Below, piece by piece: positions 18,769 to 28,425 of a DNA stretch of 48,680 nucleotides. Origin of the DNA: Candidatus Limnocylindria bacterium (lineage in GTDB: Bacteria; Chloroflexota; Limnocylindria; QHBO01); contig JBOGSW010000136.1 in assembly GCA_050695815.1 (NCBI GenBank), positions 1 through 48,680 on the forward strand, written 5' to 3'. The first letter of the stretch is position 1. Every line of letters begins with the position of its first letter. The notes under the pieces are model-generated. The model had not been told where the DNA came from. It made no database searches and saw only the letters and a program-made list of their open reading frames with translations. The position numbers and the translations under genes are program-made.

Positions 18769-18806
18769 GAGACGTGGGTCGGTTCGCCTCCCACGTCTTT
18801 GTTTGT
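18769..18806 (+). terminator. Intrinsic-terminator-like hairpin plus U-tract in the nusA leader (candidate attenuator)
   Basis: GACGTGGG (18771-18778) pairs perfectly with CCCACGTC (18790-18797). The apical GG-TTCG-CC forms a UUCG-type tetraloop. TTTGTTTGT (18798-18806) follows, and the element ends 37 nt before the nusA ATG. Confidence 0.5.
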
Positions 18807-18842
18807 CCCGGGTGTCCTGTCCGGCGCGGAGCGAGGAGCGGC

Positions 18843-19970
18843 ATGAATCGAGACTTCATCGGAGCACTGCTCCAGCTGAACGCCGAGAAGGGTGTGCCGC
18901 AGGAGATCCTGATCCAGACGCTCGAGCAGGCCATCGAGTCCGCCTACCGGCGCAATGCCGATGCCCCCGAGAACGTGGTCGTGACGGTCAACCCGGAGAG
19001 CGGCGAGATCAGCGTGGCGCGCGAGTACGAGGTCGTCGCCACCGCCGAAGAGGTCGAGGATCCAGAAGCGCAGATGCTCGTCGCCGACGCACAGAAGATC
19101 GATCCCGCGACCGGGGTCGGGGCGAAGGTCCGGGTCCCGGAGAACGTGACGCAGGCACAGCTGGGCCGGATCGCTGCCCAGACGGCCGGACAGGTCTACC
19201 GGCAGCGCCTCCGTGAGGCACAGCGGGACGTGGTCTTCCAGCAGTACGCGGCCCGCGAGGGCGAGATCATGACCGGCAACGTGCAGCGCACGACCGACTC
19301 GGCCGTGGTGCTCGACATGGGTAAGGACGTCGAGGCGGTGCTCGCCGTGACCGAGCAGCTTCCGAGCGAGACGTACCGCATCGGCCAGCACCTGAAGGTG
19401 TACGTCATGGAGGTGCGGCGCACGACGCGCGGGCCCGTGATCGTGGCCAGCCGGACGCATCGGGGCTTTCTCCGTCGCCTGATGGAGATGGAGATCCCCG
19501 AGATCTACAACGGCACCGTCGTCATCCGCGGCATCGCTCGCGAGGCAGGCAGCCGATCAAAGGTAGCTGTCGAGAGCCGGCAGCCGGGCGTGGACGCGAA
19601 GGGCGCGGCGGTCGGCCAGCGGGGCGCGAGGATCCAGTCCATCGTCGCGGAGCTCAACGGCGAGAAGGTCGACATCGTGCTGTGGGACGAGGATCCCGGC
19701 CGCTTCGTCGCCGAAGCCCTGAGCCCGGCCGAGGTGCTGAGCGTCCGGGTCGACGAGGAGCACAAGATCGCCAACGTGATCGTTCCCGAGCGCCAGCTCA
19801 GCCTGGCCATCGGCAAGGAGGGCCAGAACGCGCGCCTGGCCGCGAAGCTCACGGGCTGGCGGATCGACATCCGCTCGGATGCGGGCGTCGCGACCGCCGC
19901 CGCCGGAAGCGACCACGTGGAGGGCGACGCGGAGGCGGAGGCGCCGGCCGATGTCGAAGCGACGACCTGA
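18843..19970 (+). CDS. nusA: Transcription termination/antitermination factor NusA (no C-terminal AR repeats)
   Basis: MNRDFIGALLQLNAEKGVPQEILIQTLEQAIESAYRR is the NusA N-terminus. S1 (GEIMTGNVQR) and two KH domains (AAVGQRGARIQSIV, LAIGKEGQNARLAAKLTGWRIDI) are present. Confidence 0.93.
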   Translation: MNRDFIGALLQLNAEKGVPQEILIQTLEQAIESAYRRNADAPENVVVTVNPESGEISVAREYEVVATAEEVEDPEAQMLVADAQKIDPATGVGAKVRVPENVTQAQLGRIAAQTAGQVYRQRLREAQRDVVFQQYAAREGEIMTGNVQRTTDSAVVLDMGKDVEAVLAVTEQLPSETYRIGQHLKVYVMEVRRTTRGPVIVASRTHRGFLRRLMEMEIPEIYNGTVVIRGIAREAGSRSKVAVESRQPGVDAKGAAVGQRGARIQSIVAELNGEKVDIVLWDEDPGRFVAEALSPAEVLSVRVDEEHKIANVIVPERQLSLAIGKEGQNARLAAKLTGWRIDIRSDAGVATAAAGSDHVEGDAEAEAPADVEATT

Positions 19971-20223
19971 CCACATCCCGACGCGGACCTGCGCGGTCTG
20001 CCGCCGATCCCTCCCGAAGAGAGAGATGACGCGGATCGTGCGCAGCAGCGACGGGTCCGTGCGCCGCGACGGGACCGGCAGGGCGCCGGGTCGCGGAACC
20101 TATCTCTGTCATGAACCGGCCTGCCGCGACCTCGAGCGGAGCGCGGCCGCCATTCAGCGGGCGCTCGGCGCCGAGGTCGTGCCGGGAATGCTCGAAGTCG
20201 AGGTGAACGATGCCACCACGTAG
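19951..20223 (+). CDS. ylxR: YlxR/DUF448 RNA-binding protein
   Basis: PTRTCAVCRRSLPKREMTRIV...GRGTYLC is the DUF448 signature. It sits between nusA and infB. ATG 19951 overlaps the nusA end. Confidence 0.8.
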   Translation: MSKRRPDHIPTRTCAVCRRSLPKREMTRIVRSSDGSVRRDGTGRAPGRGTYLCHEPACRDLERSAAAIQRALGAEVVPGMLEVEVNDATT

Positions 20224-22117
20224 ATACCGACCGCGCCGCGGGCCACGTCCGCAGCGCAAGCGCACCGGAGCCGCCGCGGCGGCGGTGGCCGAGGCCCAGG
20301 CGGCCGCGGCGCGCCCGACCGGCCCTGTTGAGCTGCCGAACCCGGTCGTGGTCAAGGACCTGTCCGAGGCGCTTGGCGTCGGCAACGGCGAGATCATCAA
20401 CGTCCTCATCCGCAACGGCATCTTCGCCACGGTCAACCAGTCGATCGACTTCGACACCGCCTCGCTGGTCGCGGGTGAGCTCGGGCTCGAGACGACCGAG
20501 AAGGGCGTTGCCGAACGCGCGGCGGCGGAGGCCGCCGGCGAGCAAGAGCTGGTCAAGCCGGGCAGCGCCGAGGAGGGTGACGGCAAACCGGTCCTGTGGA
20601 CCGAGGACGACCCGTCGAAGCTGGCGACCCGCGCGCCGATCGTGACCGTGATGGGTCACGTTGATCACGGCAAGACAAGCCTGCTCGACGCGGTGCGCGA
20701 GACGAAGGTCGCCTCGGGCGAGAGCGGCGGGATCACCCAGCATATCGGCGCCAGCGAGGTGGATCACAACGGCAAGCGGATCGTCTTCCTCGACACGCCC
20801 GGCCACGAGGCGTTCACGGCCATGCGCGCTCGCGGCGCCCAGGTCACCGACATCGCGATCATCGTGGTCGCCGCCGACGATGGCGTCATGCCGCAGACGA
20901 AGGAAGCGATCGACCACGTGCGCGCCGCCCGCGTGCCGATGATCGTGGCCATCAACAAGGTCGACAAGCCCGACGCCAACCCGGACCGCGTGAAGCAGGA
21001 GCTGGCCGACACCAACGTCCTCATCGAGGAGTACGGCGGCGATGTGATCGCCGTTCCGGTGAGCGCCAAGCAGCGCACCGGGATCGACGACCTGATGGAG
21101 ATGGTGCTGCTCGTCGCCGACCTGCAGGACCTCAGGGCGAACCCGGACCGCGACGCGATCGGCACGATCGTCGAGTCGAAGGTGGAGAAGGGTCGCGGCA
21201 ACGTGGCCACCGTGCTGGTCCAGACGGGCACCCTCAAGATCGGCCAGGTCGTCTCCGTCGGGCGGACCTGGGGTCGGGTGCGCGCGCTGAACAACGCGGC
21301 CGGCAAGCGGGTGAAGCAGGCCGAGCCTGCCACCGCGGTCGAGATCATCGGCCTCCAGGGTCTGCCCGAGGCTGGCGACACCCTCCGCGTCGTGGCCGAC
21401 GAGAAGACCGCCCGCGACGCGGCCGAGGCTACGGAGCGTGCGGCGGGAGCCGCCGACGGCCGGACGGTCAGCACGCTCGAGGAGATCAGCGCGGCCATCC
21501 AGGCCAGCGAGACGGCCGAGCTGCGCGTGGTGCTCAAGACCGATGTGCAGGGGTCGCTGGGGGCGATCCGCCACTCCCTCGAGCGGCTCAATACCGAGGA
21601 GGTGCGCATCAACATCCTGCGCGAGGGCGCCGGGAACATCAACGAGAGCGACATCAACCTGGCCTCGGCGTCCGACGCGGTCGTCATCGGCTTCAACACG
21701 AAGCCCGACGCCGGCGCCCAGCGCTCGATCGAGGCAACCGGGGTGGACGTCCGGCTGTACGACGTGATCTACAAGCTCACCGACGACATCGGGCAGGCGC
21801 TCAAGGGCCTCCTCGAGCCGAAGCTCGTCGAGCAGGTCGAGGGGCACGCGGAGGTCCGGATGGTGATCAAGGCCGGGCGCGCCGGCAACGTGGCCGGCTC
21901 GTACGTGACCGATGGACGCATCATTCGCGGCGGCCTGGCGCGGCTCTTCCGAGCGGGCACGCTGGTGACCGATACCCGCATCACCTCGCTGAAACGCTTC
22001 AAGGACGACGTCCGCGAGGTGGCGACGGGCTTCGAGTGCGGCATCGGTCTCGATGCAGACGACATCGCCACCGGCGACGTGATCGAGTGCTACCAGATGG
22101 TGGCCGAGCAGGCGTAG
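20210..22117 (+). CDS. infB: Translation initiation factor IF-2
   Basis: The G domain has [22 protein letters not shown] and NKVD, with domain II and C1/C2 regions following. Confidence 0.95.
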   Translation: MPPRRYRPRRGPRPQRKRTGAAAAAVAEAQAAAARPTGPVELPNPVVVKDLSEALGVGNGEIINVLIRNGIFATVNQSIDFDTASLVAGELGLETTEKGVAERAAAEAAGEQELVKPGSAEEGDGKPVLWTEDDPSKLATRAPIVTVMGHVDHGKTSLLDAVRETKVASGESGGITQHIGASEVDHNGKRIVFLDTPGHEAFTAMRARGAQVTDIAIIVVAADDGVMPQTKEAIDHVRAARVPMIVAINKVDKPDANPDRVKQELADTNVLIEEYGGDVIAVPVSAKQRTGIDDLMEMVLLVADLQDLRANPDRDAIGTIVESKVEKGRGNVATVLVQTGTLKIGQVVSVGRTWGRVRALNNAAGKRVKQAEPATAVEIIGLQGLPEAGDTLRVVADEKTARDAAEATERAAGAADGRTVSTLEEISAAIQASETAELRVVLKTDVQGSLGAIRHSLERLNTEEVRINILREGAGNINESDINLASASDAVVIGFNTKPDAGAQRSIEATGVDVRLYDVIYKLTDDIGQALKGLLEPKLVEQVEGHAEVRMVIKAGRAGNVAGSYVTDGRIIRGGLARLFRAGTLVTDTRITSLKRFKDDVREVATGFECGIGLDADDIATGDVIECYQMVAEQA

Positions 22118-22468
22118 ATGAGCCAGCGAACCGATCGGCTCGACAGCCAGATCCGCCAGGAGCTGATGGAGCTCCTGCAGCGCGATATGCAGGATCCCCG
22201 CATCGGCTTCGCGACGGTGACGCGCGTTGAGACGGCCCGCGACCTCGGATCGGCCCGCGTGTGGGTCAGCGTGCTCGGCACGCCGGAGGAGCGCGAGCAG
22301 GCGATGAAGGCCCTCACCGACGCCGCCCCGTGGTTGCGCCGCCAGCTGGGTGGTCGGCTCACCATCCGGCGCATCCCGCAGCTGGTGATGCGCCACGACG
22401 ACTCGATCGAGGCGGGGGATCGGGTGCTCCGACTCCTCAGTGAGCTGGAGCGCGAGGGCGGCGAGTGA
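22118..22468 (+). CDS. rbfA: Ribosome-binding factor A
   Basis: RLDSQIRQELMELLQRDMQDPRIGFATVTRVETARDLGSARVWVSVLG. The ATG abuts the infB stop (TAGATG). Confidence 0.9.
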   Translation: MSQRTDRLDSQIRQELMELLQRDMQDPRIGFATVTRVETARDLGSARVWVSVLGTPEEREQAMKALTDAAPWLRRQLGGRLTIRRIPQLVMRHDDSIEAGDRVLRLLSELEREGGE

Positions 22469-23448
22469 GCCGCGAGGCGGTGGCGGAGGCGATCCGGGGC
22501 GCGTCTCGGCTCACGGTGATCTGCCACGAGAACCCCGACGCCGATACGCTCGGCGCGGCGCTCGCGCTGCGCATCGCGGCCGAGCGCCTCGGCAAGGTCG
22601 CCGAGGTGGTCGCCGCCGATCCGGTGCCGCCGATGCTGGCTCACCTGCCGGGGGCCGGCGAGGTTCGCACGAGGCCGCAGCTCGCTCCCGACGTCGCCGT
22701 CGTGGTCGACGGGCCGCTCTCGCGCACCGGTGCCGTGGCCAGCGAGTGCGGGGAATGGCTCGGGCGCGCACGGCTCCTGAACATCGACCACCACGTGTCG
22801 AACGACGGCAGCGAGGTGGAGGCGGCCTGGGTCGACGCGACCGCCGCTGCGACGTGCGAGATGGTCGCCGAGCTCATCCCGGATCTCGGCGTCGAGATCG
22901 ACCTCGATATCGCGACCGTGCTCACGGCCGGCATCGTCCAGGACACGCACACCTTCTCGCACCCGAATGCGACACCGCGCACGCTCCGCGTGGCGGCCGG
23001 GCTGCTCGAGGCGGGCGCGCCGCTGTCCGCCATCCACCGCAGAATCTACGCCGACAAGCCGTTCGGCACGCTCGCCCTGTGGGGACGGATGCTGGCCGGG
23101 ATCGCGCAGCGCCGGGACGGCCGGATCGTGTGGTCCGCCATGACGCTGCCGATGCTGGCCGAGACCGGCACCGATGCGGTTGCGTCGGAGGGCTTCATCG
23201 ACCTCCTCGCCTCCACGAAGGCCGCGGACATCACCGTCCTCTTCAAGGAGGTGGATGCCACGCTGACGCGCGTCAGCGTCCGCACCAGCGCCCGGGCCGA
23301 TGCGGTGGCGATCACGTCAGCCTTCGGTGGTGGAGGGCACGCCCGTGCGGCGGGGTGCTCCATCGAGGCGCCCCTGGGCGACGCGACGAAGCGGCTCCTC
23401 GACGAGTGCGAGCGCGAGCTCGACCGCGCCGATGCTCGGGGTCGTTAA
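22465..23448 (+). CDS. nrnA: DHH/DHHA1 phosphoesterase, NrnA-type nanoRNase / pAp phosphatase
   Basis: HENPDADTLGAALAL, NIDHHVSN and GGGGHARAAG (DHHA1) are present. The GTG start overlaps the rbfA stop (GTGA). Confidence 0.85.
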   Translation: MSREAVAEAIRGASRLTVICHENPDADTLGAALALRIAAERLGKVAEVVAADPVPPMLAHLPGAGEVRTRPQLAPDVAVVVDGPLSRTGAVASECGEWLGRARLLNIDHHVSNDGSEVEAAWVDATAAATCEMVAELIPDLGVEIDLDIATVLTAGIVQDTHTFSHPNATPRTLRVAAGLLEAGAPLSAIHRRIYADKPFGTLALWGRMLAGIAQRRDGRIVWSAMTLPMLAETGTDAVASEGFIDLLASTKAADITVLFKEVDATLTRVSVRTSARADAVAITSAFGGGGHARAAGCSIEAPLGDATKRLLDECERELDRADARGR

Positions 23449-24322
23449 CCTCGACAAGCCCGTCGGGCCGACGAGCCACGACATGGTCGGCCTCCTGCGC
23501 CGGCTCAGCGGCACGCGTCGGATCGGCCACGCCGGCACCCTCGACCCGCTGGCGTCGGGGGTCCTGCCGATCCTGGTCGGGCCGGCCACGCGCTTCAGCG
23601 AGGAGCTCACCGGCGGCCGGAAGCGCTACGACGCCGTCATTCGCCTGGGTGCCACCTCGCCCACCGACGACTCCGAGGGACCGATCACCCCCACCGGCGC
23701 GCCGACTCCCGACGAGGCGGCCGTGCGCGAGGCTCTCATGGGGTTCGTTGGCACGTTCGAGCAGCGGCCACCGGCCTTCAGCGCGCGTAAGCAGGGTGGA
23801 CGCACGGCCCACCGCGCGGCACGCGCCGGCGCGCCCATCGAGCTGCCCTCCCGCCGCGTGACGGTCGATGCGATCGAGGTCCTCGAGCTCGGATCGGGCG
23901 ACGGGACGCTCGACGTCCGGATCGACCTGCGATGCGGCGCGGGGACGTACGTGCGGTCGATCGCGCGAGACCTGGGCCATAGCCTCGGATCCGGCGGCTA
24001 CCTCGCCGCGCTGCGACGGACCGAGGCAGCCGGCCTGCGGGCAGTGGATGCCATCACGCCCGATCGGCTCGAGATCCTCGCCGCGGACGGACGCCTGCAC
24101 CAAGCCATCATCCCTGTCGGGGAGCTCCTGCCGCTGCCGCACGTCGTCCTCGGTGCGGACGAAGCCACCCGATTCGCCAACGGATCCGCGCAGGAGCTGA
24201 CCGATGGGGCAGCCGATGGCCGCGTGGCCGTCTTCGAGGAGACCGCCCTCGTCGGGATCGGCGTCGTCTCCGGTCGCACGCTGCAGCCGGAGAAGGTGCT
24301 GCCTCGCGAGGGCGCGCCGTGA
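23432..24322 (+). CDS. truB: tRNA pseudouridine-55 synthase TruB
   Basis: GVVNLDKPVGPTSHDMV, GHAGTLDPLASGVLPILVG and YVRSIARDLG are present. ATG 23432 is preferred over the ORF-track start 23300, which is the off-frame nrnA tail. Confidence 0.92.
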   Translation: MLGVVNLDKPVGPTSHDMVGLLRRLSGTRRIGHAGTLDPLASGVLPILVGPATRFSEELTGGRKRYDAVIRLGATSPTDDSEGPITPTGAPTPDEAAVREALMGFVGTFEQRPPAFSARKQGGRTAHRAARAGAPIELPSRRVTVDAIEVLELGSGDGTLDVRIDLRCGAGTYVRSIARDLGHSLGSGGYLAALRRTEAAGLRAVDAITPDRLEILAADGRLHQAIIPVGELLPLPHVVLGADEATRFANGSAQELTDGAADGRVAVFEETALVGIGVVSGRTLQPEKVLPREGAP

Positions 24323-25248
24323 CGGCGCGCTCGCTCGATGAGCTGCCCGCGATCGGACCCGCCGCCATCACCCTCGGCGTCTTCGACGGTGTCCACGCCG
24401 GCCACCGGCACCTGGTGGCGGAGACGGTGCGCGCCGCCCGTCGCCACCATGCCGCCGCCGTGGCGCTCGTCTTCAGCCCCCATCCTGACGAGGTGATCCG
24501 GCCGGGGACGCGGGTCGCGCGCCTGCTGCCCCCGGACGTGACGCTCTCGCGCCTGGCCGAGGCCGGCGCGGACCACGCGCTCGAGATCCGGTTCGACGAC
24601 GATCTGCGAGCGATGAGCCCGGAGGCGTTCCTGGGAGCGCTTGGCCCGTCGATCGACCTGCACGCGGTGGCCATGACGCCGGGGAGCGCGTTCGGCCAGG
24701 GCCGCTCGGGCACGCCGGCTCGCGTGGCGGAGATCGGCGCCGAACGCGGCTTCGAGACGGTGCGCGTCGAGCCGCTGGTCGTCGATGGGGCACCCGTGTC
24801 GTCGTCGCGCATCCGCTCCCTGCTCCAGGCGGGCAGCGTGCGCGAGGCGAGGGCGCTGCTCTCCGCGCCACCCCTGCTGCGCGGGACCGTGGTTTCCGGC
24901 GATCGCCGCGGGCGTGACCTGGGATTTCCGACCGCGAACCTGGCGTTCGACTACGAGCCGGCCCTGCCCGCGCTCGGGATCTACCTCGGGAGGGTGGCGG
25001 TCGCGGAACGCGGCGTGGGACCCGGGCACCCGGCGCTCGTGAGCGTCGGCGTGCGGCCGACCTTCCATGACGACGGACGCGTGCTGGTCGAGGTCTACCT
25101 GCTCGACTGGGACGGGGACCTGTACGACGCGGCACTGACGGTCGAGCTCGAGGATCGCCTGCGCGAGGAACGGCGCTTCGAGTCGGTCGACGAGCTCGTG
25201 ACGCAGATGCGCGCCGATGAGATGGAGGCCACCAGGCGCCTTCGGTGA
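24319..25248 (+). CDS. ribF: Bifunctional riboflavin kinase / FAD synthetase
   Basis: [29 protein letters not shown] and [17 protein letters not shown] are present. The GTG overlaps the truB stop. Confidence 0.92.
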   Translation: MTARSLDELPAIGPAAITLGVFDGVHAGHRHLVAETVRAARRHHAAAVALVFSPHPDEVIRPGTRVARLLPPDVTLSRLAEAGADHALEIRFDDDLRAMSPEAFLGALGPSIDLHAVAMTPGSAFGQGRSGTPARVAEIGAERGFETVRVEPLVVDGAPVSSSRIRSLLQAGSVREARALLSAPPLLRGTVVSGDRRGRDLGFPTANLAFDYEPALPALGIYLGRVAVAERGVGPGHPALVSVGVRPTFHDDGRVLVEVYLLDWDGDLYDAALTVELEDRLREERRFESVDELVTQMRADEMEATRRLR

Positions 25249-25290
25249 TCGGGCGCCCCTCAAGCCGCAAGAGCGGAACGAGGGGTCCTC

Positions 25291-25299
25291 TGGTAAACT
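25291..25299 (+). promoter_or_regulatory. Possible extended -10 element (TGGTAAACT) for rpsO
   Basis: It lies in an AT-richer patch between ribF and rpsO, about 35 nt upstream of GTG 25334, with SD GGAGGA at 25324-25329. No convincing -35 is present. Confidence 0.3.
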
Positions 25300-25333
25300 C
25301 CCGAAGGTTACGGAAACGAATGTGGAGGAATAC

Positions 25334-25603
25334 GTGCCGCTCGCCAAGGACGCGAAGAGCGCAATCGTCGACGAACATGCCACGCACGAGGGCGATACCG
25401 GATCACCCGAGGTGCAGATTGCGCTTCTCACCGAGCGGATCAAGTCACTGACGGACCATCTGCGCAGCTACCCGAAGGACAACCACTCGCGCCGCGGGCT
25501 GCTCAAGCTCGTCGGGCAGCGCCGACGGCTGCTTGCGTACCTCGTCCGCAATGACGTGGACCGGTACCGGGCCGTCATCAGCAGCCTGGGGCTGCGTCGA
25601 TAG
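25334..25603 (+). CDS. rpsO: 30S ribosomal protein S15
   Basis: [53 protein letters not shown]. The 89-aa product from GTG 25334 fits canonical S15. Confidence 0.93.
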   Translation: MPLAKDAKSAIVDEHATHEGDTGSPEVQIALLTERIKSLTDHLRSYPKDNHSRRGLLKLVGQRRRLLAYLVRNDVDRYRAVISSLGLRR

Positions 25604-25647
25604 ACTGCCCCGCTGGATTGGGTCGCTAAGCACCGTTCGCGATCGAC

Positions 25648-25754
25648 CGAGACCCCCGTGGGGACGCCCGTACCGGGTGCCCGGGTCTCGCACAACACAG
25701 ACCATCGTCACCCATATGGCACCCCCTGCCTGACGCCTGCGCTCTGCGGAGCGC
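25648..25754 (+). promoter_or_regulatory. Structured rpsO-pnp intercistronic leader (two GC-rich stem-loops)
   Basis: CGAGACCC (25648-25655) pairs with GGGTCTCG (25683-25690) and encloses further GC helices. GCGCTC-TGCG-GAGCGC lies at 25739-25754. Neither hairpin is followed by a U-tract. The pnp SD GGAGGA is at 25787-25792. Confidence 0.4.
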
Positions 25755-25796
25755 GCCAGCAGCGGCCGGAATGCCGAATCAACACTGGAGGAATCA

Positions 25797-28406
25797 GTGG
25801 CAATTACACACGAGGCCGAGATCGGCGACAAGCCCTTCACGATGGAGGCTGGCAAGCTCGCCGAGCAGGCCGATGGCGCGGTGATCGTTCGCTACGGCGA
25901 CACCGTTGTGCTGGCGACCGCGGTCGCCAGCAAGCAGCCCCGCGAGGGGGCCGACTTCTTCCCGCTCACCGTCGACTACGAGGAGCGGATGTACGCGGCG
26001 GGCAAGATCCCCGGCGGCTTCATCAAGCGCGAGTCACGCCCATCGGAGGCGGCCATCCTGGCGATGCGCCTCACCGACCGCCCGATCCGCCCGCTCTTTC
26101 CGAAGGGCTACTACAACGACGTCCAGGTCGTGCTGACGGTCCTCTCGACCGACCAGGAGAACGACCCGGACATCCTGGCGCTCAACGGCGCCTCGGCGGC
26201 GCTCAGCATCAGCCACATCCCGTTCATGGGGCCGGTCGGCGCCGTACGGGTCGGCCGCATCGACGGGGCCTTCGTCACGAACCCCACGAACAGCCAGCTT
26301 GACGATTCGGAGCTCGACCTGGTCGTGGCCGGCACGCGTGACGCGGTCATGATGGTCGAGGCAGGCGCAAAGATCCTGCCGGAGTCGGTCATGGCCGATG
26401 CCATCGCCTACGGTCACAGCGAGCTGCAGCACTCGATCGACCTCCAGGAGCGGTTGGTCGCCTCGGCCGGCCAACCGAAGAAGGTACCCTTCGTCGCCCC
26501 CGATGCGGGATCGGTCGCCAGGCTCGGCAAGCTCATCGGCGATGGGAACGGCGAGTTCGTCGTCTTCGACCTCGAGACCACTGCCATGCGCCCGGAGAAT
26601 GGCTACGTCGTCGACGTCGCCGCCCTGCGCGTGCGCGACGGGCAGGTCGTCGATCGCTTCGAGTCGCTGGTCAATCCCGGCCGTCCGATCATCGGCCACC
26701 AGGTGCACGGCATCTCGACCGATGACGTGGCCCAGGCACCGACCGCCGCGGACGTGCTGCCGCGCTTCGTGGAGTGGGTGGGCGAGACCCCGGTCGTGGC
26801 CCACAACGTCAGCTTCGACCTCCCGTACGTCATGCGGCACCTGCCCACCGACGTGAAGTGGGAGCCGACGGCCGTCTTCGACACGCTGCAACTGGCGTAT
26901 CAGCTGTTCCCGGATGCCGGCGCCTACAAGCTGGCCGACCTCGTGCGATTCGTCTTCGGCCGCGATCACAACGCCGCGCACCGCGCCATGCCGGACGCCG
27001 AGGCGACCGCGGAGCTGTTCATCGCCTTCACCAGCGGCCTCGCCGAGCGGCTCGACGCCATCCGCGGCGACATCGCCGACGAGGTGCGCCGGGCGCGCGA
27101 GTCGTACGACCGCACCGAGCAGGGCGAGCGGCTCGAGGACATCCGGCGCCGCCACGGCATCGGCAAGGGACTGATGGACGCCCTGACCAAGGCCACCGTG
27201 CGCGAGCTCGTGCTCGGCGAGAACATCCGCATCGACGGTCGCGACACGACGACCATTCGGCCGATCGAGGTCGAGGTCGGCTTCCTGCCGCGCACCCATG
27301 GAACGGGACTCTTCAAGCGCGGCCAGACGCAGGCCCTCTCGATCGCCACGCTCGGCCCGGGCAGCGACGTGCAGCGCCTGGACACGATCTCGCCCGAGAC
27401 CGAGAAGCGCTACATGCACCACTACAACATGCCGCCGTACTCGGTGGGCGAGGCGCGCTTCATGCGCGGCCCCGGTCGCCGCGAGATCGGCCATGGCGCG
27501 CTCGCTGAGCGGGCCCTCGTCCCCGTGCTGCCCGGTGCCGACGAGTTCCCGTACGCGATCCGCGTCGTGAGCGAGGTGGTCAGCTCGAACGGATCGACCT
27601 CGATGGCCTCCACCTGTGGGTCGACGCTGGCCCTCATGGATGCCGGCGTGCCGATCAAGGCACCGGTCGCGGGCGCCGCCATGGGCCTCATCACCGACCC
27701 CGAGTCGGGCCGCTACGCCGTCCTCACCGACATCACCGGCAAGGAGGACGCCTACGGCGACATGGACTTCAAGGTGACCGGCACCGCCGATGGCGTGACC
27801 GCGCTCCAGATGGACATCAAGGTTGCCGGCATCACCCCCGAGATCATGCGTGACGCCCTCGACAAGGCTCGCGACGCGCGCCTCTTCATCCTGGACAAGA
27901 TGACCGCCGTGATCGGGACCAGCCGCGAGGAGCTGAGCCAGTACGCACCGCGCATCACGACCCTGAAGATCCCGGTCGACAAGATCCGTGACGTCATCGG
28001 CGCCGGCGGCAAGGTGATCCGGCAGATCACCGCCGAGACCGGCACCCAGATCAACGTCGAGGACGACGGCACGATCCAGATCGCCGCCACCAGCGGCGAG
28101 GCCGCCCAGAAGGCGATCGGCTGGATCGAGGGCCTGACCAAGGATGTCGAGGTCGGCAAGGAGTACATGGGCAGGGTCACCCGCATCATGAACTTCGGGG
28201 CCTTCGTCGAGATCCTGCCCGGCAAGGAGGGGCTGGTCCACATCAGCCAGCTCGCCGACTACCGTGTGCCGCGCGTCGAGGACGTGGTCAGCATCGGCGA
28301 CGAGCTGATGGTGGTCGTGACCGAGATCGACCGCATGGGCCGCGTCAACCTGAGCCGCCGCGCGGCGATGGAGCGGCACATGGCCAAGGCCGGCACGAAC
28401 AGCTGA
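25797..28406 (+). CDS. pnp: Polynucleotide phosphorylase with an inserted DEDDh exonuclease domain (869 aa)
   Basis: GTG start. PH1 ([26 protein letters not shown]), PH2 ([44 protein letters not shown]), KH ([11 protein letters not shown]) and S1 ([28 protein letters not shown]) are all present in one frame. Confidence 0.93.
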   Translation: MAITHEAEIGDKPFTMEAGKLAEQADGAVIVRYGDTVVLATAVASKQPREGADFFPLTVDYEERMYAAGKIPGGFIKRESRPSEAAILAMRLTDRPIRPLFPKGYYNDVQVVLTVLSTDQENDPDILALNGASAALSISHIPFMGPVGAVRVGRIDGAFVTNPTNSQLDDSELDLVVAGTRDAVMMVEAGAKILPESVMADAIAYGHSELQHSIDLQERLVASAGQPKKVPFVAPDAGSVARLGKLIGDGNGEFVVFDLETTAMRPENGYVVDVAALRVRDGQVVDRFESLVNPGRPIIGHQVHGISTDDVAQAPTAADVLPRFVEWVGETPVVAHNVSFDLPYVMRHLPTDVKWEPTAVFDTLQLAYQLFPDAGAYKLADLVRFVFGRDHNAAHRAMPDAEATAELFIAFTSGLAERLDAIRGDIADEVRRARESYDRTEQGERLEDIRRRHGIGKGLMDALTKATVRELVLGENIRIDGRDTTTIRPIEVEVGFLPRTHGTGLFKRGQTQALSIATLGPGSDVQRLDTISPETEKRYMHHYNMPPYSVGEARFMRGPGRREIGHGALAERALVPVLPGADEFPYAIRVVSEVVSSNGSTSMASTCGSTLALMDAGVPIKAPVAGAAMGLITDPESGRYAVLTDITGKEDAYGDMDFKVTGTADGVTALQMDIKVAGITPEIMRDALDKARDARLFILDKMTAVIGTSREELSQYAPRITTLKIPVDKIRDVIGAGGKVIRQITAETGTQINVEDDGTIQIAATSGEAAQKAIGWIEGLTKDVEVGKEYMGRVTRIMNFGAFVEILPGKEGLVHISQLADYRVPRVEDVVSIGDELMVVVTEIDRMGRVNLSRRAAMERHMAKAGTNS
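26550..27041 (+). other. DnaQ/RNase T-like DEDDh 3'-5' exonuclease domain embedded in pnp (aa ~252-415)
   Basis: Exo [10 protein letters not shown] (D 26568-70, E 26574-76), Exo [15 protein letters not shown] (D 26817-19) and Exo [17 protein letters not shown] (H 26979-81, D 26994-96) occur in the canonical order and spacing. The block is flanked on both sides by PNPase sequence. Confidence 0.8.
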
Positions 28407-28425
28407 CCGACGCCGGCCGCACGCG

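Noticed and set aside
18722-18797. GGTTCG-containing segments resembling tRNA T-arms
   Set aside because: No acceptor, D or anticodon arms can be built around them. The second one is simply the apical loop of the terminator-like hairpin.
18601-18842. Possible rimP gene upstream of nusA
   Set aside because: The 242-nt gap is too small for a RimP of about 150 aa, and no frame there has coding-like composition. I treat it as a regulatory leader instead.
26550-27041. The extra segment in pnp as an intein, a mobile insertion or a gene-fusion artefact
   Set aside because: There are no intein splice-junction residues (Cys/Ser/Thr at the N-terminus, His-Asn at the C-terminus) or homing-endonuclease motifs. 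There are no flanking repeats or stops, and codon bias is continuous. The motifs match a DEDDh exonuclease domain, so a genuine domain insertion is the better reading. Misassembly still needs read-level exclusion.
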